A stretch of DNA of 64,000 nt. It comes from Chrysomallon squamiferum. Its lineage: Eukaryota; Animalia; Mollusca. Position numbers and translations under genes: made by a program. The notes beneath the pieces are model-generated. The model did not search any database and was not told where the DNA came from. It saw only the letters and a program-made list of their open reading frames with translations. Positions 15,451-30,988 of this stretch are shown piece after piece (the stretch's first letter is position 1; each line of letters begins with the position of its first letter). The DNA lies in the NCBI GenBank assembly GCA_012295275.1, contig CM022677.1, positions 19,220,001 through 19,284,000 on the forward strand, given 5' to 3'.

Positions 15451-17053
15451 TCTTGTTATTAAATATAAAATGTTTTATTTTATCTTACGTTTACCATTAT
15501 TTCAACGAATATTTCAGAGTGCGAATTTTGAAATTACAAATATAATTGAAATGAATGGAAGTATTTCTTTTTAACTACCTGGTGGTGGACAAGGTTTAGC
15601 CATGCAAGCCATTTCAGAGTGCGAATTTTGAAATTACAAATATAATTGAAATGAATGGAAATATTTCTTTTTAACTACCTGGTGGTGGACAAGGTTTAGC
15701 CATGCAAGCCTTTCTATCCTCCTCTGTAACAACACCATAGCAAGCTTTTGTAGAAGTCGACTGACTCGCTGGACAGCCTTTGCTACGTGTTCTTACTTTC
15801 GTTCCATTTCCACATGTTTTACTGCATTGACTATATAGACCCCATGGTCCCCAGCCTGAAACAGTAGACAATTTGAGTAGGTCCCATTTCATTTCTTCTG
15901 TATTTTTTTATTTACTTAGTTTTATTTTATCTTATTTTACTAGTAATTGAGATTATATTAATTGTGAAATGCAAAATATAGCAGAAATGAATGGAAGTGT
16001 TTTATATCTATCTACCTGATGGCGCACACCGTTGAGCTATACAAGACTTTCGATCTTCCTGACTAACTATGCCATAGCAAGGATTTGACGGAGTCGACTG
16101 ACTCACTGGACAGCCTTTACTGCGTGTTCTTACTTTTGTTCCCCTTCCGCAAGTTTTACTGCACTGACTGTATGATCCCCATCGTCCCCAGCCTACAACA
16201 GTAGATAATATGTATACAGCCAATTATATATATATATATATCTATATATATATATAGATATATGTGTGTGTGTGTGTGTGTGTATTATTATTATTCTTAT
16301 TATTATTATTATATTTATTATTATCACAGTAATCATTATTATTACTTTAATTAATACATTTATTTATTTATTTATTTATTTATCTTGTTATTAAATATAA
16401 AATGTTTTATTTTATCTTACGTTTACCATTATTTCAACGAATATTTCAGAGTGCGAATTTTGAAATTACAAATATAATTGAAATGAATGGAAGTATTTCT
16501 TTTTAACTACCTGGTGGTGGACAAGGTTTAGCCATGCAAGCCTTTCTATCCTCCTCTGTAACTACACCATAGCAAGCTTTTGTAGAAGTCGACTGACTCG
16601 CTGGACAGCCTTTGCTACGTGTTCTTACTTTTGTTCCATTTCCACATGTTTTACTGCATTGGGTATACGGACCCCATGCTCCCCAGCCTGCAACAGTAGA
16701 CAATTTGAATAGATCCCATTTCATTTCTTCTGTATTTTTTTATTTACTTAGTTTAATTTTATCTTATTTTACTAATATTTGAGATTATATTAATTGTGAA
16801 ATTCAAAATATAGCAGAAATGAATGGAAGTGTTTTATATCTATCTACCTGATGGCGCACACCGTTGAGCTATACAAGACTTTCGATCTTCCTGACTAACT
16901 ATGCCATAGCAAGGACTTGACGGAGTCGACTGACTCACTGGACAGCCTTTACTGCGTGTTCTTACTTTTGTTCCCCTTCCGCAAGTTTTACTGCACTGAC
17001 TGTATGATCCCCATCGTCCCCAGCCTACAACAGTAGATAATATGTATACAGCC

Positions 17054-17131
<78 letters not shown>

Positions 17132-17957
17132 ATTATTATTATTCTTATTATTATTACTATATTTATTATTATCACAGTAATCATTATTATTACTTTAATT
17201 AATACATTTATTTATTTATTTATTTATTTATCTTGTTATTAAATATAAAATAAAATGTTTTATTTTATCTTACGTTTACCATTATTTCAACGAATATTTC
17301 AGAGTGCGAAATTTTAATTGAAATGAATGAAATTACAAATATAATTTTGAAATGAATGAATGGAAATATTTCTTTTAACTACCTGGTGGTGGACAAGGTT
17401 TAGCCATGCAAGCCTTTCTATCATCCTCTGTAACAACACCATAGCAAGCTTTTGTAGAAGTCGACTGACTCGCTGGACAGCCTTTGCTACGTGTTCTTAC
17501 TTTTGTTCCATTTCCACATGTTTTACTGCATTGGGTATACGGACCCCATGCTCCCCAGCCTGCAACAGTAGACAATTTGAATAGATCCCATTTCATTTCT
17601 TCTGTATTTTTTTATTTACTTAGTTTTATTTTATCTTATTTTACTAATATTTGAGATTATATTAATTGTGAAATTCAAAATATAGCAGAAATGAATGGAA
17701 GTGTTTTATATCTATCTACCTGATGGCGCACACCGTTGAGCTATACAAGACTTTCGATCTTCCTGACTAACTATGCCATAGCAAGGATTTGACGGAGTCG
17801 ACTGACTCACTGGACAGCCTTTACTGCGTGTTCTTACTTTTGTTCCCCTTCCGCAAGTTTTACTGCACTGACTGTATGATCCCCATCGTCCCCAGCCTAC
17901 AACAGTAGATAATATGTATACAGCCAATTATATATATATATATATATCTATATATAG

Positions 17958-18001
<44 letters not shown>

Positions 18002-20051
18002 TATTATTCTTATTATTATTACTATATTTATTATTATCACAGTAATCATTATTATTACTTTAATTAATACATTTATTTATTTATTTATTTATTTATCTTG
18101 TTATTAAATATAAAATGTTTTATTTTATCTTACGTTTACCATTATTTCAACGAATATTTCAGAGTGCGAATTTTGAAATTACAAATATAATTGAAATGAA
18201 TGGAAGTATTTCTTTTTAACTACCTGGTGGTGGACAAGGTTTAGCCATGCAAGCCTTTCTATCCTCCTCTGTAACTACACCATAGCAAGCTTTTGTAGAA
18301 GTCGACTGACTCGCTGGACAGCCTTTGCTACGTGTTCTTACTTTTGTTCCATTTCCACATGTTTTACTGCATTGGGTATACGGACCCCATGCTCCCCAGC
18401 CTGCAACAGTAGACAATTTGAATAGATCCCATTTCATTTCTTCTGTATTTTTTTGATTTACTTAGTTTAATTTTATCTTATTTTACTAATATTTGAGATT
18501 ATATTAATTGTGAAATTCAAAATATAGCAGAAATGAATGGAAGTGTTTTATATCTATCTACCTGATGGCGCACACCGTTGAGCTATACAAGACTTTCGAT
18601 CTTCCTGACTAACTATGCCATAGCAAGGACTTTGACGGAGTCGACTGACTCACTGGACAGCCTTTACTGCGTGTTCTTACTTTTGTTCCCCTTCCGCAAG
18701 TTTTACTGCACTGACTGTATGAACCCCATCGTCCCCAGCCTGCAACAGTAGATAATATGTATAGAGCCAATTTTATATATATATATATATATATACGTAG
18801 ATATCTGTGTGAATGTGTTTTGGTGTGTGTGTGTTCTTGTGTATATTATTATTATTATTATTATTATTACAGTTTTTATTATCACAGGAATCATTATTAT
18901 TACTTTAATTTATTTATTTATTTATTTAGTTTTCTTATTAAATATAAAATGTTTTATTTTATCTTACATTTATTAATATTTCAACGAATATTTCAGTGTG
19001 CGAATTTTGAAATTACAAATATAATTGAAAGGTATGTATGTGTGTGGGTGTGTGTGCATGTGTATATTATTAGTATTATATTTATTATTATTATCACTCT
19101 AATCATTATTATTACTTTAATTTATTTATTTATTTATTTAGTTTTCTTATTAATAAAAAATTTTATTTTTTATCTTACATTTATTAATATTGAAACGAAT
19201 ATTTCATTATGTGTGTGTGTGTGTGTGTGTGTATATTATTATTATTATATTTATTATTATCACTGTAATCATTATTATTACTTTAGTTTATTTATTTATT
19301 TATTTATTTATTTATCTTGTTATTAAATATAAAATGTTTTATTTTATCTTACGTTTACCATTATTTCAACGAATATTTCAGAGTGCGAATTTTGAAATTA
19401 CAAATATAATTGAAATGAATGGAAGTATTTCTTTTTAACTACCTGGTGGTGGACAAGGTTTAGCCATGCAAGCCTTTCTATCCTCCTCTGTAACAACACC
19501 ATAGCAAGCTTTTGTAGAAGTCGACTGACTCGCTGGACAGCCTTTGCTACGTGTTCTTACTTTCGTTCCATTTCCACATGTTTTACTGCATTGAGTATAT
19601 GGACCCCATGCTCCCCAACCTGCAACAGTAGACAATTTGAATAGATCCCATTTCATTTCTTCTGTATTTTTTTATTTACTTAGTTTTATTTTATCTTATT
19701 TTACTAATATTTGAGATTATATTAATTGTGAAATTCAAAATATAGCAGAAATGAATGGAAGTGTTTTATATCTATCTACCTGATGGCGCACACCGTTGAG
19801 CTATACAAGACTTTCGATCTTCCTGACTAACTATGCCATAGCAAGGATTTGACGGAGTCGACTGACTCACTGGACAGCCTTTACTGCGTGTTCTTACTTT
19901 TGTTCCCCTTCCGCAAGTTTTACTGCACTGACTGTATGAACCCCATCGTCCCCAGCCTGCAACAGTAGATAATATGTATAGAGCCAATTTTATATATATA
20001 TATATATATATCTGTGTGTGTGTGTTTTCGTGTGTGTGTGTACTTGTGTAT

Positions 20052-20082
<31 letters not shown>

Positions 20083-21160
20083 TTATTATCACAGGAATCA
20101 TTATTATTACTTTAATTTATTTATTTATTTATTTAGTTTTCTTATTAAATATAAAATGTTTTATTTTATCTTACATTTATTAATATTTCAACGAATTTTG
20201 AAATTACAAATATAATTGAAAGGTATGTATGTGTGTGGGTGTGTGTGCGTGTGTATATTATTAGTATTATATTTATTATTATCACTCTAATCATTATTAT
20301 TACTTTAATTTATTTATTATTTATTTATTGATTTATTTATCTTGTTATTAATATAAAATGTTTTATTTTATCTTACGTTTACCATTATTTCAACGAATTT
20401 TGAAATTACAAATATAATTGAAATGAATGGAAGTATTTCTTTTTAACTACCTGGTGGTGGACAAGGTTTAGCCATGCAAGCCTTTCTATCATCCTCTGTA
20501 ACAACACCATAGCAAGCTTTTGTAGAAGTCGACTGACTCGCTGGACAGCCTTTGCTACGTGTTCTTACTTTTGTTCCATTTCCACATGTTTTACTGCATT
20601 GGGTATACGGACCCCATGCTCCCCAGCCTGCAACAGCAGACACAATTTGAATAGATCCCATTTCATTTCTTCTGTATTTTTTTTATTTACTTAGTTTCAT
20701 TTTATCTTATTTTACTAATATTTGAGATTATATTAATTGTGAAATGCAAAATATAGCAGAAATGAATGGAAGTGTTTTATATCTACCTGATGGCGCACAC
20801 CGTTGAGCTATACAAGACTTTCGATCTTCCTGACTAACTATGCCATAGCAAGGACTTGACGGAGTCGACTGACTCACTGGACAGCCTTTACTGCGTGTTC
20901 TTACTTTTGTTCCCCTTCCACAAGTTTTACTGCACTGACTATATATACTCCAGTGACCCCAGCCTGAAATAGTTGATGATTTCATTGTATATATATATAT
21001 CCCATCTAATTTCTTTTTTTTAATCATTTGTTTAATACCTTGAATGTATTTTATGTTTTCAAATTAAAATTGAAATGTATATATGTGTGTGTGTGTGTGT
21101 GTGTATTATTATTATTATTATATTTATTATTATCACTGTAATCATTATTATTACTTTAGT

Positions 21161-21191
<31 letters not shown>

Positions 21192-21859
21192 TCTTGTTAT
21201 TAAATATAAAATGTTTTATTTTATCTTACGTTTACCATTATTTCAACGAATATTTCAGAGTGCGAATTTTTAAATTACAAATATAATTGAAATGAATGGA
21301 AGTATTTCTTTTTAACTACCTGGTGGTGGACAAGGTTTAGCCATGCAAGCCTTTCTATCCTCCTCTGTAACAACACCATAGCAAGCTTTTGTAGAAGTCG
21401 ACTGACTCGCTGGACAGCCTTTGCTACGTGTTCTTACTTTCGTTCCATTTCCACATGTTTTACTGCATTGAGTATATGGACCCCATGCTCCCCAACCTGC
21501 AACAGTAGACAATTTGAATAGATCCCATTTCATTTCTTCTGTATTTTTTTATTTACTTAGTTTTATTTTATCTTATTTTACTAATATTTGAGATTATATT
21601 AATTGTGAAATGCAAAATATAGCAGAAATGAATGGAAGTGTTTTATATCTACCTGATGGCGCACACCGTTGAGCTATACAAGACTTTCGATCTTCCTGAC
21701 TAACTATGCCATAGCAAGGATTTGACGGAGTCGACTGACTCACTGGACAGCCTTTTACTGCGTGTTCTTACTTTTGTTCCCCTTCCGCAAGTTTTACTGC
21801 ACTGACTGTATGAACCCCATCGTCCCCAGCCTGCAACAGTAGATAATATGTATAGAGCC

Positions 21860-21890
<31 letters not shown>

Positions 21891-21938
21891 CATAGATATC
21901 TGTGTGTGTGTGTTTTCGTGTGTGTGTGTACTTGTGTA

Positions 21939-21976
<38 letters not shown>

Positions 21977-24781
21977 TTATTATCACCCGAATCATTATTA
22001 TTACTTTAATTTATTTTATTTATTTATTTATTTGTTTTATTTTATCTTACATTTATTAATATTTCAACGAATTTTGAAATTACAAATATAATTGAAAGGT
22101 ATGTATGTGTGTGGGTGTGTGTGCGTGTGTATATTATTAGTATTATATTTATTATTATCACTCTAATCATTATTATTACTTTAATTTATTTATTATTTAT
22201 TTATTGATTTATTTATCTTGTTATTAAATATAAAATGTTTTATTTTATCTTACGTTTACCATTATTTCAACGAATTTTGAAATTTTTAAAATATAATTGA
22301 AATGAATGGAAGTATTTCTTTTTAACTACCTGGTGGTGGACAAGGTTTAGCCATGCAAGCCTTTCTATCATCCTCTGTAACAACACCATAGCAAGCTTTT
22401 GTAGAAGTCGACTGACTCGCTGGACAGCCTTTGCTACGTGTTCTTACTTTTGTTCCATTTCCACATGTTTTACTGCATTGGGTATATGGACCCCATGCTC
22501 CCCAGCCTGCAACAGCAGACAATTTGAATAGATCCCATTTCATTTCTTCTGTATTTTTTTATTTACTTAGTTTCATTTTATCTTATTTTACTAATATTTG
22601 AGATTATATTAATTGTGAAATTCAAAATATAGCAGAAATGAATGGAAGTGTTTTATATCTATCTACCTGATGGCGCACACCGTTGAGCTATACAAGACTT
22701 TCGATCTTCCTGACTAACTATGCCATAGCAAGGATTTGACGGAGTCGACTGACTCACTGGACAGCCTTTACTGCGTGTTCTTACTTTTGTTCCCCTTCCG
22801 CAAGTTTTACTGCACTGACTGTATGATCCCCATCGTCCCCAGCCTACAACAGTAGATAATATGTATACAGCCAATTTTATATATATATATATATATCTGT
22901 ATATAGATATTTTCGTGTGTGTGTGTGTACTGTGTTATTGTTATTATAGTTTTATTATCACCGGAATCATTATTATTACTTTTATTTATTTATTTATTTA
23001 TTTATTTTCACTTAATAAATATAAAATGTTTTATTTTATCTTACATTTATTTATTTATTTATTTATTTATTTGTTATTAAATATAAAATGTTTTATTTTA
23101 TCTTACGTTTATATTATTTCAACGAATATTTCAGAGTAATCAATTTTAAATTACAAATTTAATTTAAATTAATGGATTTATTTATTTTTTATTTATCTTG
23201 TTATGGACATAAAATGTTTTATTTTATGCAAGCCGTTTCATTTTATTTCAACGAATTTTGAAATTACAAATATAATTGAAATGAATGGAAGTATTTCTTT
23301 TTAACTACCTGGTGGTGGACAAGGTTTAGCCATGCAAGCCTTTCTATCATCCTCTGTAACAACACCATAGCAAGCTTTTGTAGAAGTCGACTGACTCGCT
23401 GGACAGCCTTTGCTACGTGTTCTTACTTTTGTTCCATTTCCACATGTTTTACTGCATTGGGTATACGGACCCCATGCTCCCCAGCCTGCAACAGCAGACA
23501 ATTTGAATAGATCCCATTTCATTTCTTCTGTATTTTTTTATTTACTTAGTTTCATTTTATCTTATTTTACTAATATTTGAGATTATATTGATTGTGAAAT
23601 GCAAAATATAGCAGAAATGAATGGAAGTGTTTTATATCTATCTACCTGATGGCGCACACCGTTGAGCTATACAAGACTTTCGATCTTCCTGACTAACTAT
23701 GCCATAGCAAGGACTTGACGGAGTCGACTGACTCACTGGACAGCCTTTACTGCGTGTTCTTACTTTTGTTCCCCTTCCACAAGTTTTACTGCACTGACTA
23801 TATATACTCCATTGACCCCAGCCTGAAATAGTTGATGATGTCATTGTATACACCCCATCTAATTTCTTTTTCTCATTTGTTTAATACCTTGAATGTATTC
23901 GATGTTTTCAAATTAAAATTGAAATGTATATATGTGTGTGTGTGTGTGTGCGTGTATATTATTATTATTATATTTATTATTATCACTGTAATCATTATTA
24001 TTACTTTAGTTTATTTATTTATTTATTTATTTATTTATCTTGTTATTAAATATAAAATGTTTTATTTTATCTTACGTTTACCATTATTTCAACGAATATT
24101 TCTGAGTGCGAATTTTGAAATTACAAATATAATTGAAATGAATGGAAGTATTTCTTTTTAACTACCTGGTGGTGGACAAGGTTTAGCCATGCAAGCCTTT
24201 CTATCCTCCTCTGTAACAACACCATAGCAAGCTTTTGTAGAAGTCGACTGACTCGCTGGACAGCCTTTGCTACGTGTTCTTACTTTCGTTCCATTTCCAC
24301 ATGTTTTACTGCATTGAGTATATGGACCCCATGCTCCCCAACCTGCAACAGTAGACAATTTGAATAGATCCCATTTCATTTCTTCTGTATTTTTTTATTT
24401 ACTTAGTTTTATTTTATCTTATTTTACTAATATTTGAGATTATATTAATTGTGAAATGCAAAATATAGCAGAAATGAATGGAAGTGTTTTATATCTACCT
24501 GATGGCGCACACCGTTGAGCTATACAAGACTTTCGATCTTCCTGACTAACTATGCCATAGCAAGGACTTGACGGAGTCGACTGACTCACTGGACAGCCTT
24601 TACTGCGTGTTCTTACTTTTGTTCCCCTTCCGCAAGTTTTACTGCACTGACTGTATGAACCCCATCGTCCCCAGCCTGCAACAGTAGATAATATGTATAG
24701 AGCCAATTTTATATATATATATATATATATATACATAGATATCTGTGTGTGTGTGTTTTCGTGTGTGTGTGTACTTGTGTA

Positions 24782-24816
<35 letters not shown>

Positions 24817-25899
24817 TTATTATCACCGGAATCATTATTATTACTTTAATTTATTTATTTATTTATTTAGTTTTCTTATTAAATATAAAATGTTTTATTT
24901 TATCTTACATTTATTAATATTTCAACGAATATTTCAGTGTGCGAATTTTGAAATTACAAATATAATTGAAAGGTATGTATGTGTGTGGGTGTGTGTGCGT
25001 GTGTATATTATTAGTATTATATTTATTATTATCACTCTAATCATTATTATTACTTTAATTTATTTATTATTTATTTATTGATTTATTTATCTTGTTATTA
25101 AATATAAAATGTTTTATTTTATCTTACGTTTACCATTATTTCAACGAATTTTGAAATTACAAATATAATTGAAATGAATGGAAGTATTTCTTTTTAACTA
25201 CCTGGTGGTGGACAAGGTTTAGCCATGCAAGCCTTTCTATCATCCTCTGTAACAACACCATAGCAAGCTTTTGTAGAAGTCGACTGACTCGCTGGACAGC
25301 CTTTGCTACGTGTTCTTACTTTTGTTCCATTTCCACATGTTTTACTGCATTGGGTATACGGACCCCATGCTCCCCAGCCTGCAACAGCAGACAATTTGAA
25401 TAGATCCCATTTCATTTCTTCTGTATTTTTTTATTTACTTAGTTTCATTTTATCTTATTTTACTAATATTTGAGATTATATTAATTGTGAAATGCAAAAT
25501 ATAGCAGAAATGAATGGAAGTGTTTTATATCTACCTGATGGCGCACACCGTTGAGCTATACAAGACTTTCGATCTTCCTGACTAACTATGCCATAGCAAG
25601 GACTTGACGGAGTCGACTGACTCACTGGACAGCCTTTACTGCGTGTTCTTACTTTTGTTCCCCTTCCACAAGTTTTACTGCAATGACTATATATGCTCCA
25701 TTGACCCCAGCCTGAAATAGTTGATGATGTCATTGTATACACCCCATCTAATTTCTTTTTCTCATTTGTTTAATACCTTGAATGTATTCGATGTTTTCAA
25801 ATTAAAATTGAAATGTATATATGTGTGTGTGTGTGTGTGCGTGTATATTATTATTATTATATTTATTATTATCACTGTAATCATTATTATTACTTTAGT

Positions 25900-25930
<31 letters not shown>

Positions 25931-26598
25931 TCTTGTTATTAAATATAAAATGTTTTATTTTATCTTACGTTTACCATTATTTCAACGAATATTTCTGAGT
26001 GGAATTTTGAAATTACAAATATAATTGAAATGAATGGAAGTATTTCTTTTTAACTACCTGGTGGTGGACAAGGTTTAGCCATGCAAGCCTTTCTATCCTC
26101 CTCTGTAACAACACCATAGCAAGCTTTTGTAGAAGTCGACTGACTCGCTGGACAGCCTTTGCTACGTGTTCTTACTTTCGTTCCATTTCCACATGTTTTA
26201 CTGCATTGAGTATATGGACCCCATGCTTCCCAACCTGCAACAGTAGACAATTTGAATAGATCCCATTTCATTTCTTCTGTATTTTTTTTTATTTACTTAG
26301 TTTTATTTTATCTTATTTTACTAATATTTGAGATTATATTAATTGTGAAATGCAAAATATAGCAGAAATGAATGGAAGTGTTTTATATCTACCTGATGGC
26401 GCACACCGTTGAGCTATACAAGACTTTCGATCTTCCTGACTAACTATGCCATAGCAAGGACTTGACGGAGTCGACTGACTCACTGGACAGCCTTTACTGC
26501 GTGTTCTTACTTTTGTTCCCCTTCCGCAAGTTTTACTGCACTGACTGTATGAACCCCATCGTCCCCAGCCTGCAACAGTAGATAATATGTGTAGAGCC

Positions 26599-26629
<31 letters not shown>

Positions 26630-26677
26630 CATAGATATCTGTGTGTGTGTGTTTTCGTGTGTGTGTGTACTTGTGTA

Positions 26678-26712
<35 letters not shown>

Positions 26713-27945
26713 TATTATCACCGGAATCATTATTATTACTTTAATTTATTTATTTATTTATTTAGTTTTCTTATTAAATATAAAATGTTTTATTTTATCT
26801 TACATTTATTAATATTTCAACGAATATTTCAGTGTGCGAATTTTGAAATTACAAATATAATTGAAAGGTATGTATGTGTGTGGGTGTGTGTGCGTGTGTA
26901 TATTATTAGTATTATATTTATTATTATCACTCTAATCATTATTATTACTTTAATTTATTTATTATTTATTTATTGATTTATTTATCTTGTTATTAAATAT
27001 AAAATGTTTTATTTTATCTTACGTTTACCATTATTTCAACGAATTTTGAAATTACAAATATAATTGAAATGAATGGAAGTATTTCTTTTAACTACCTGGT
27101 GGTGGACAAGGTTTAGCCATGCAAGCCTTTCTATCATCCTCTGTAACAACACCATAGCAAGCTTTTGTAGAAGTCGACTGACTCGCTGGACAGCCTTTGC
27201 TACGTGTTCTTACTTTTGTTCCATTTCCACATGTTTTACTGCATTGGGTATACGGACCCCATGCTCCCCAGCCTGCAACAGCAGACAATTTGAATAGATC
27301 CCATTTCATTTCTTCTGTATTTTTTTATTTTCTTAGTTTCATTTTATCTTATTTTACTAATATTTGAGATTATATTAATTGTGAAATGCAAAATATAGCA
27401 GAAATGAATGGAAGTGTTTTATATCTACCTGATGGCGCACACCGTTGAGCTATACAAGACTTTCGATCTTCCTGACTAACTATGCCATAGCAAGGACTTG
27501 ACGGAGTCGACTGACTCACTGGACAGCCTTTACTGCGTGTTCTTACTTTTGTTCCCCTTCCACAAGTTTTACTGCACTGACTATATATACTCCATTGACC
27601 CCAGCCTGAAATAGTTGATGATGTCATTGTATACACCCCATCTAATTTCTTTTTCTCATTTGTTTAATACCTTGAATGTATTCGATGTTTTCAAATTAAA
27701 ATTAGAGGAGAAATGAATGTACGTTGTTTATATGTACCTGGTGGCGGACAACGTTGAGCTATACAAGACTTTCGATCTTCCTGACTAACTATGCCATAGC
27801 AAGGACTTGACGGAGTCGACTGACTCACTGGACAGCCTTTACTGCGTGTTCTTACTTTTGTTCCCCTTCCGCAAGTTTTACTGCATTGACTGTATTGACC
27901 CCATCGTCCCCAGCCTGCAACAACAGATAATATGGATATATATGT

Positions 27946-28005
<60 letters not shown>

Positions 28006-28306
28006 ATTTATTATTATGATCACTGTAATCATTATTATAACTTTAATTTATTTATTGATTTATTTATCTTATTATATATTTTTAAAGTTATTATTATTAT
28101 TTTTATTTTTATTTTACTTATTTGTGTACATGATTAGATGTATGCCTTGTTTCACCGGTACTAGAAAAGAAGAAAAGAAAGAAAATGTAAGGTGAGATAC
28201 CATCCTGAAAGAATGATGATTATGTTATCTCTGCAGAAGAAGCAGAAAGATCTTATTATATATATATATGGTGTTTATCATAAATAGCAGAATCATTATT
28301 ATCATA

Positions 28307-28370
<64 letters not shown>

Positions 28371-29212
28371 CATTAGTATTATTATTAATGTTAGTACTAC
28401 TAGTAGTAGTAGTAGTAGTAGTATTAATAATACTGTTATAACTTTTATCATCATCACCATTATTATAATTATTAATTTTTGATTATTGTCCATATCCTTT
28501 GTTAAAATGTAAACAAATTCATGATCTACACCGGTACTGGGTAGTGGAATAAATTATAGAAATCGAAAATAAAAAGGTGAGCAAAACTGTCGCATAAAAG
28601 GAATCTTACCTCGTTCAAGTTTCGAGACAAAATCTTGGACGATTTTCTGGGTTAATGAAGTACTGGAGAGTAGGCATTTTGTCGACTTGTAGCACAATTT
28701 CTGAGTGCGTTCTATTATATTCCCTTAATTTGATTTCGCTATCTTAGTTTTCCTATTTAACTTGTTTATCTTTTAATTTCTAATTTTTGTATTTTATTAT
28801 GATATTTGTTCTTCCTGGTTTCACTCCCCCTCGCTAAAAACATTGATTGTATGAAAATTTTATTTTGCAACATTATAAAACATGGCCAAAAACGCATTAA
28901 ACACTGTCATTTTTTATTTGTTTTGTTTATCCCCTATTTTTTTCCATATTAATCTGTCTTAAACTGCCCACAACGTTAGCACCCTCCGGAGCTGTCATTT
29001 AGAGTATGCAAATAATTACACTGAAATCTGTAGGCAAAACTCACAGGCAAAACTCGAACCCTGGGCACGAACACAATTCGCATTAGCATTCTTGCACGCG
29101 TTAAGCATCCGAATTTCAAATTGATACGATTTAGAATGTTCGGTAAATGCGTTAAATTCAGACAAACGGTGACTAAAAGAACAGCGAACGAACCAAACGA
29201 GGTAATAAAATG

Positions 29213-29254
<42 letters not shown>

Positions 29255-30954
29255 ATAAAAAGCAATAGCTAAAAATAATATGTTTAATACGATTTAACAG
29301 GAAAGCTTGAAATAATATCACGTTTGTTATTTTGGTTATTATATTATGGGGGGGTGAGGTTGTTGTGGATATGTCACTTGGATGATGAATACCTTTTTAT
29401 AATGATGGACTGTATAAGCAGATTTGTGTTTTGGGAGTCCTAATTTTGTTCGGTCAAAACAGATGGTTAAGAAAGGTTTTTCAGAATTTTGAATGGAATC
29501 TTTTTGTTTACTGTTCAAATACATAAAATGTGCTGACTAAACCAGGACAAAAAAAATCTACTGTATTATAACTCTGTACATATTGTTTGCAGAAAGAAGT
29601 GGAAACGCTAGAATAGTTTTCCATCTGTGCAGAATCATTTGAAAAATAGCAGTTTAAGTTTAATTTGGAGTTATGATTTCTGTTGGCTATTTGTTAACTT
29701 CAGTTTATGATATATTTGTTTTGTGATTAGTTCCTAGCAACATCTGAAGATACAAATATTATTTTCGACCTGCTGGTTTCCATGATCCATAACAACTGTA
29801 AAATATTTTCTAATTATCATATTCAGGCTTAAATGAAATGGATAACATTACATGACAACAACAACAACAATAACAACAACAACAACAGTAATAATAAAAA
29901 TAATGATAATGAAGTATATACAATTAATAATAATAATAAAAAAAAAATTAAAATAAATAGACTATAACAGAATAATAAAAAAAAAAAAAATAAATAATTG
30001 TAATAATAATATTACTAATTTTAACAATGTGGCCAGTACTGGTTTCAATCAAAAATGAAAACGAAACCTAAGTTACGAAATTAGGCAACCTGCAGTTTTT
30101 TGTTAAAATACTGAACTTAATTTTGTTTGGGAAATACTCCGGTACTGTCAGGATCGGTACAGATTTTCCAGAAAGTGTCTGGTTCTTTGTCCTTTGAAAG
30201 TTTGCCGTAGCAATATTATTTACCATTGATTGATTATAACTCTATTCATTTCTTAAATATTTAATATTGTTATTTCCTATCCTATGATCTTGCAAAGTGA
30301 AAATAATGTAAAGAAAACAGAGTTCAGTGCTTGTGGTGTTTGGAAATGAAACATATAATAATAACTATAACATAACTCTGTAAGTATTACCTGGTGGCGC
30401 ACAAGGTTTAACTATACAAGCCTGGTGGTCCTCCTCTGAAACAGTTCCGTAACAAGCCTGTGTACGTGTCGACCGATTCCTTGGACAGCCCTTCTTACGA
30501 ATTCTCGTTTTCGTGCCCTTTCCACACGTTTTACTGCATTTACTATAAATGCTCCATGGTCCCCATCCTGCAATAGTCAATAAGGTAATATAAAAAATAA
30601 CCACGTGTATTCTATTGCATAATAATAATAATAATGATGATGATGATGATGATGATGATGATAAATGAATAAATAAAAGGAAGAAACAGAGAAAAGAAAA
30701 GAAAATGATAAGCAAAATAGTCTAAATAAATTAGTAGCTGCATTTATGTCAATGTAGAATATCAAAATATATGTTCTCCATATAAAAATATAATAGTTAC
30801 TCTTGATATCTATATATTTATATACTTTGTTACTCTTCCTGCCTTTTATTCATTGTTAGAGAAGGTTATTCAATTACTGAAAATTAGACACTGACAACGC
30901 TTGAAATATTATTATTATTAATAATAATAATAGAAATAGTGGAAGTGTGCGCGT

Positions 30955-30988
<34 letters not shown>

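Larger units (their letters stand above)
11240..27950. repeat. Exon-bearing tandem array: ~0.8-1.2 kb A+B unit with a ~1.9 kb higher-order unit
   Basis: Introns as well as exons are near identical between units; length differences come from (TA)n/(TG)n/(ATT)n/(TTTA)n tracts and internal intron duplications. Confidence 0.92.

Noticed and set aside
23140-23245. Scrambled fragments of A-exon sequence (atgcaagcc) in an intron
   Set aside because: Looks like a mixed consensus of misaligned repeat units rather than a real feature
13888-27636. The 66-130 aa ORFs (MKWDLFKLSTVAGW..., MAVYILSTVVGW...) as separate small genes
   Set aside because: Their N-terminal parts are intron read-through; AG/GT sites bracket exactly the TSR portion and none has a signal peptide
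28610-28711. Possible non-TSR phase-1 exon on the minus strand (RTQKLCYKSTKCLLSSTSLTQKIVQDFVSKLER) with a GTAAG donor
   Set aside because: The acceptor has no pyrimidine tract and the peptide has no recognisable features; cannot be supported without transcripts
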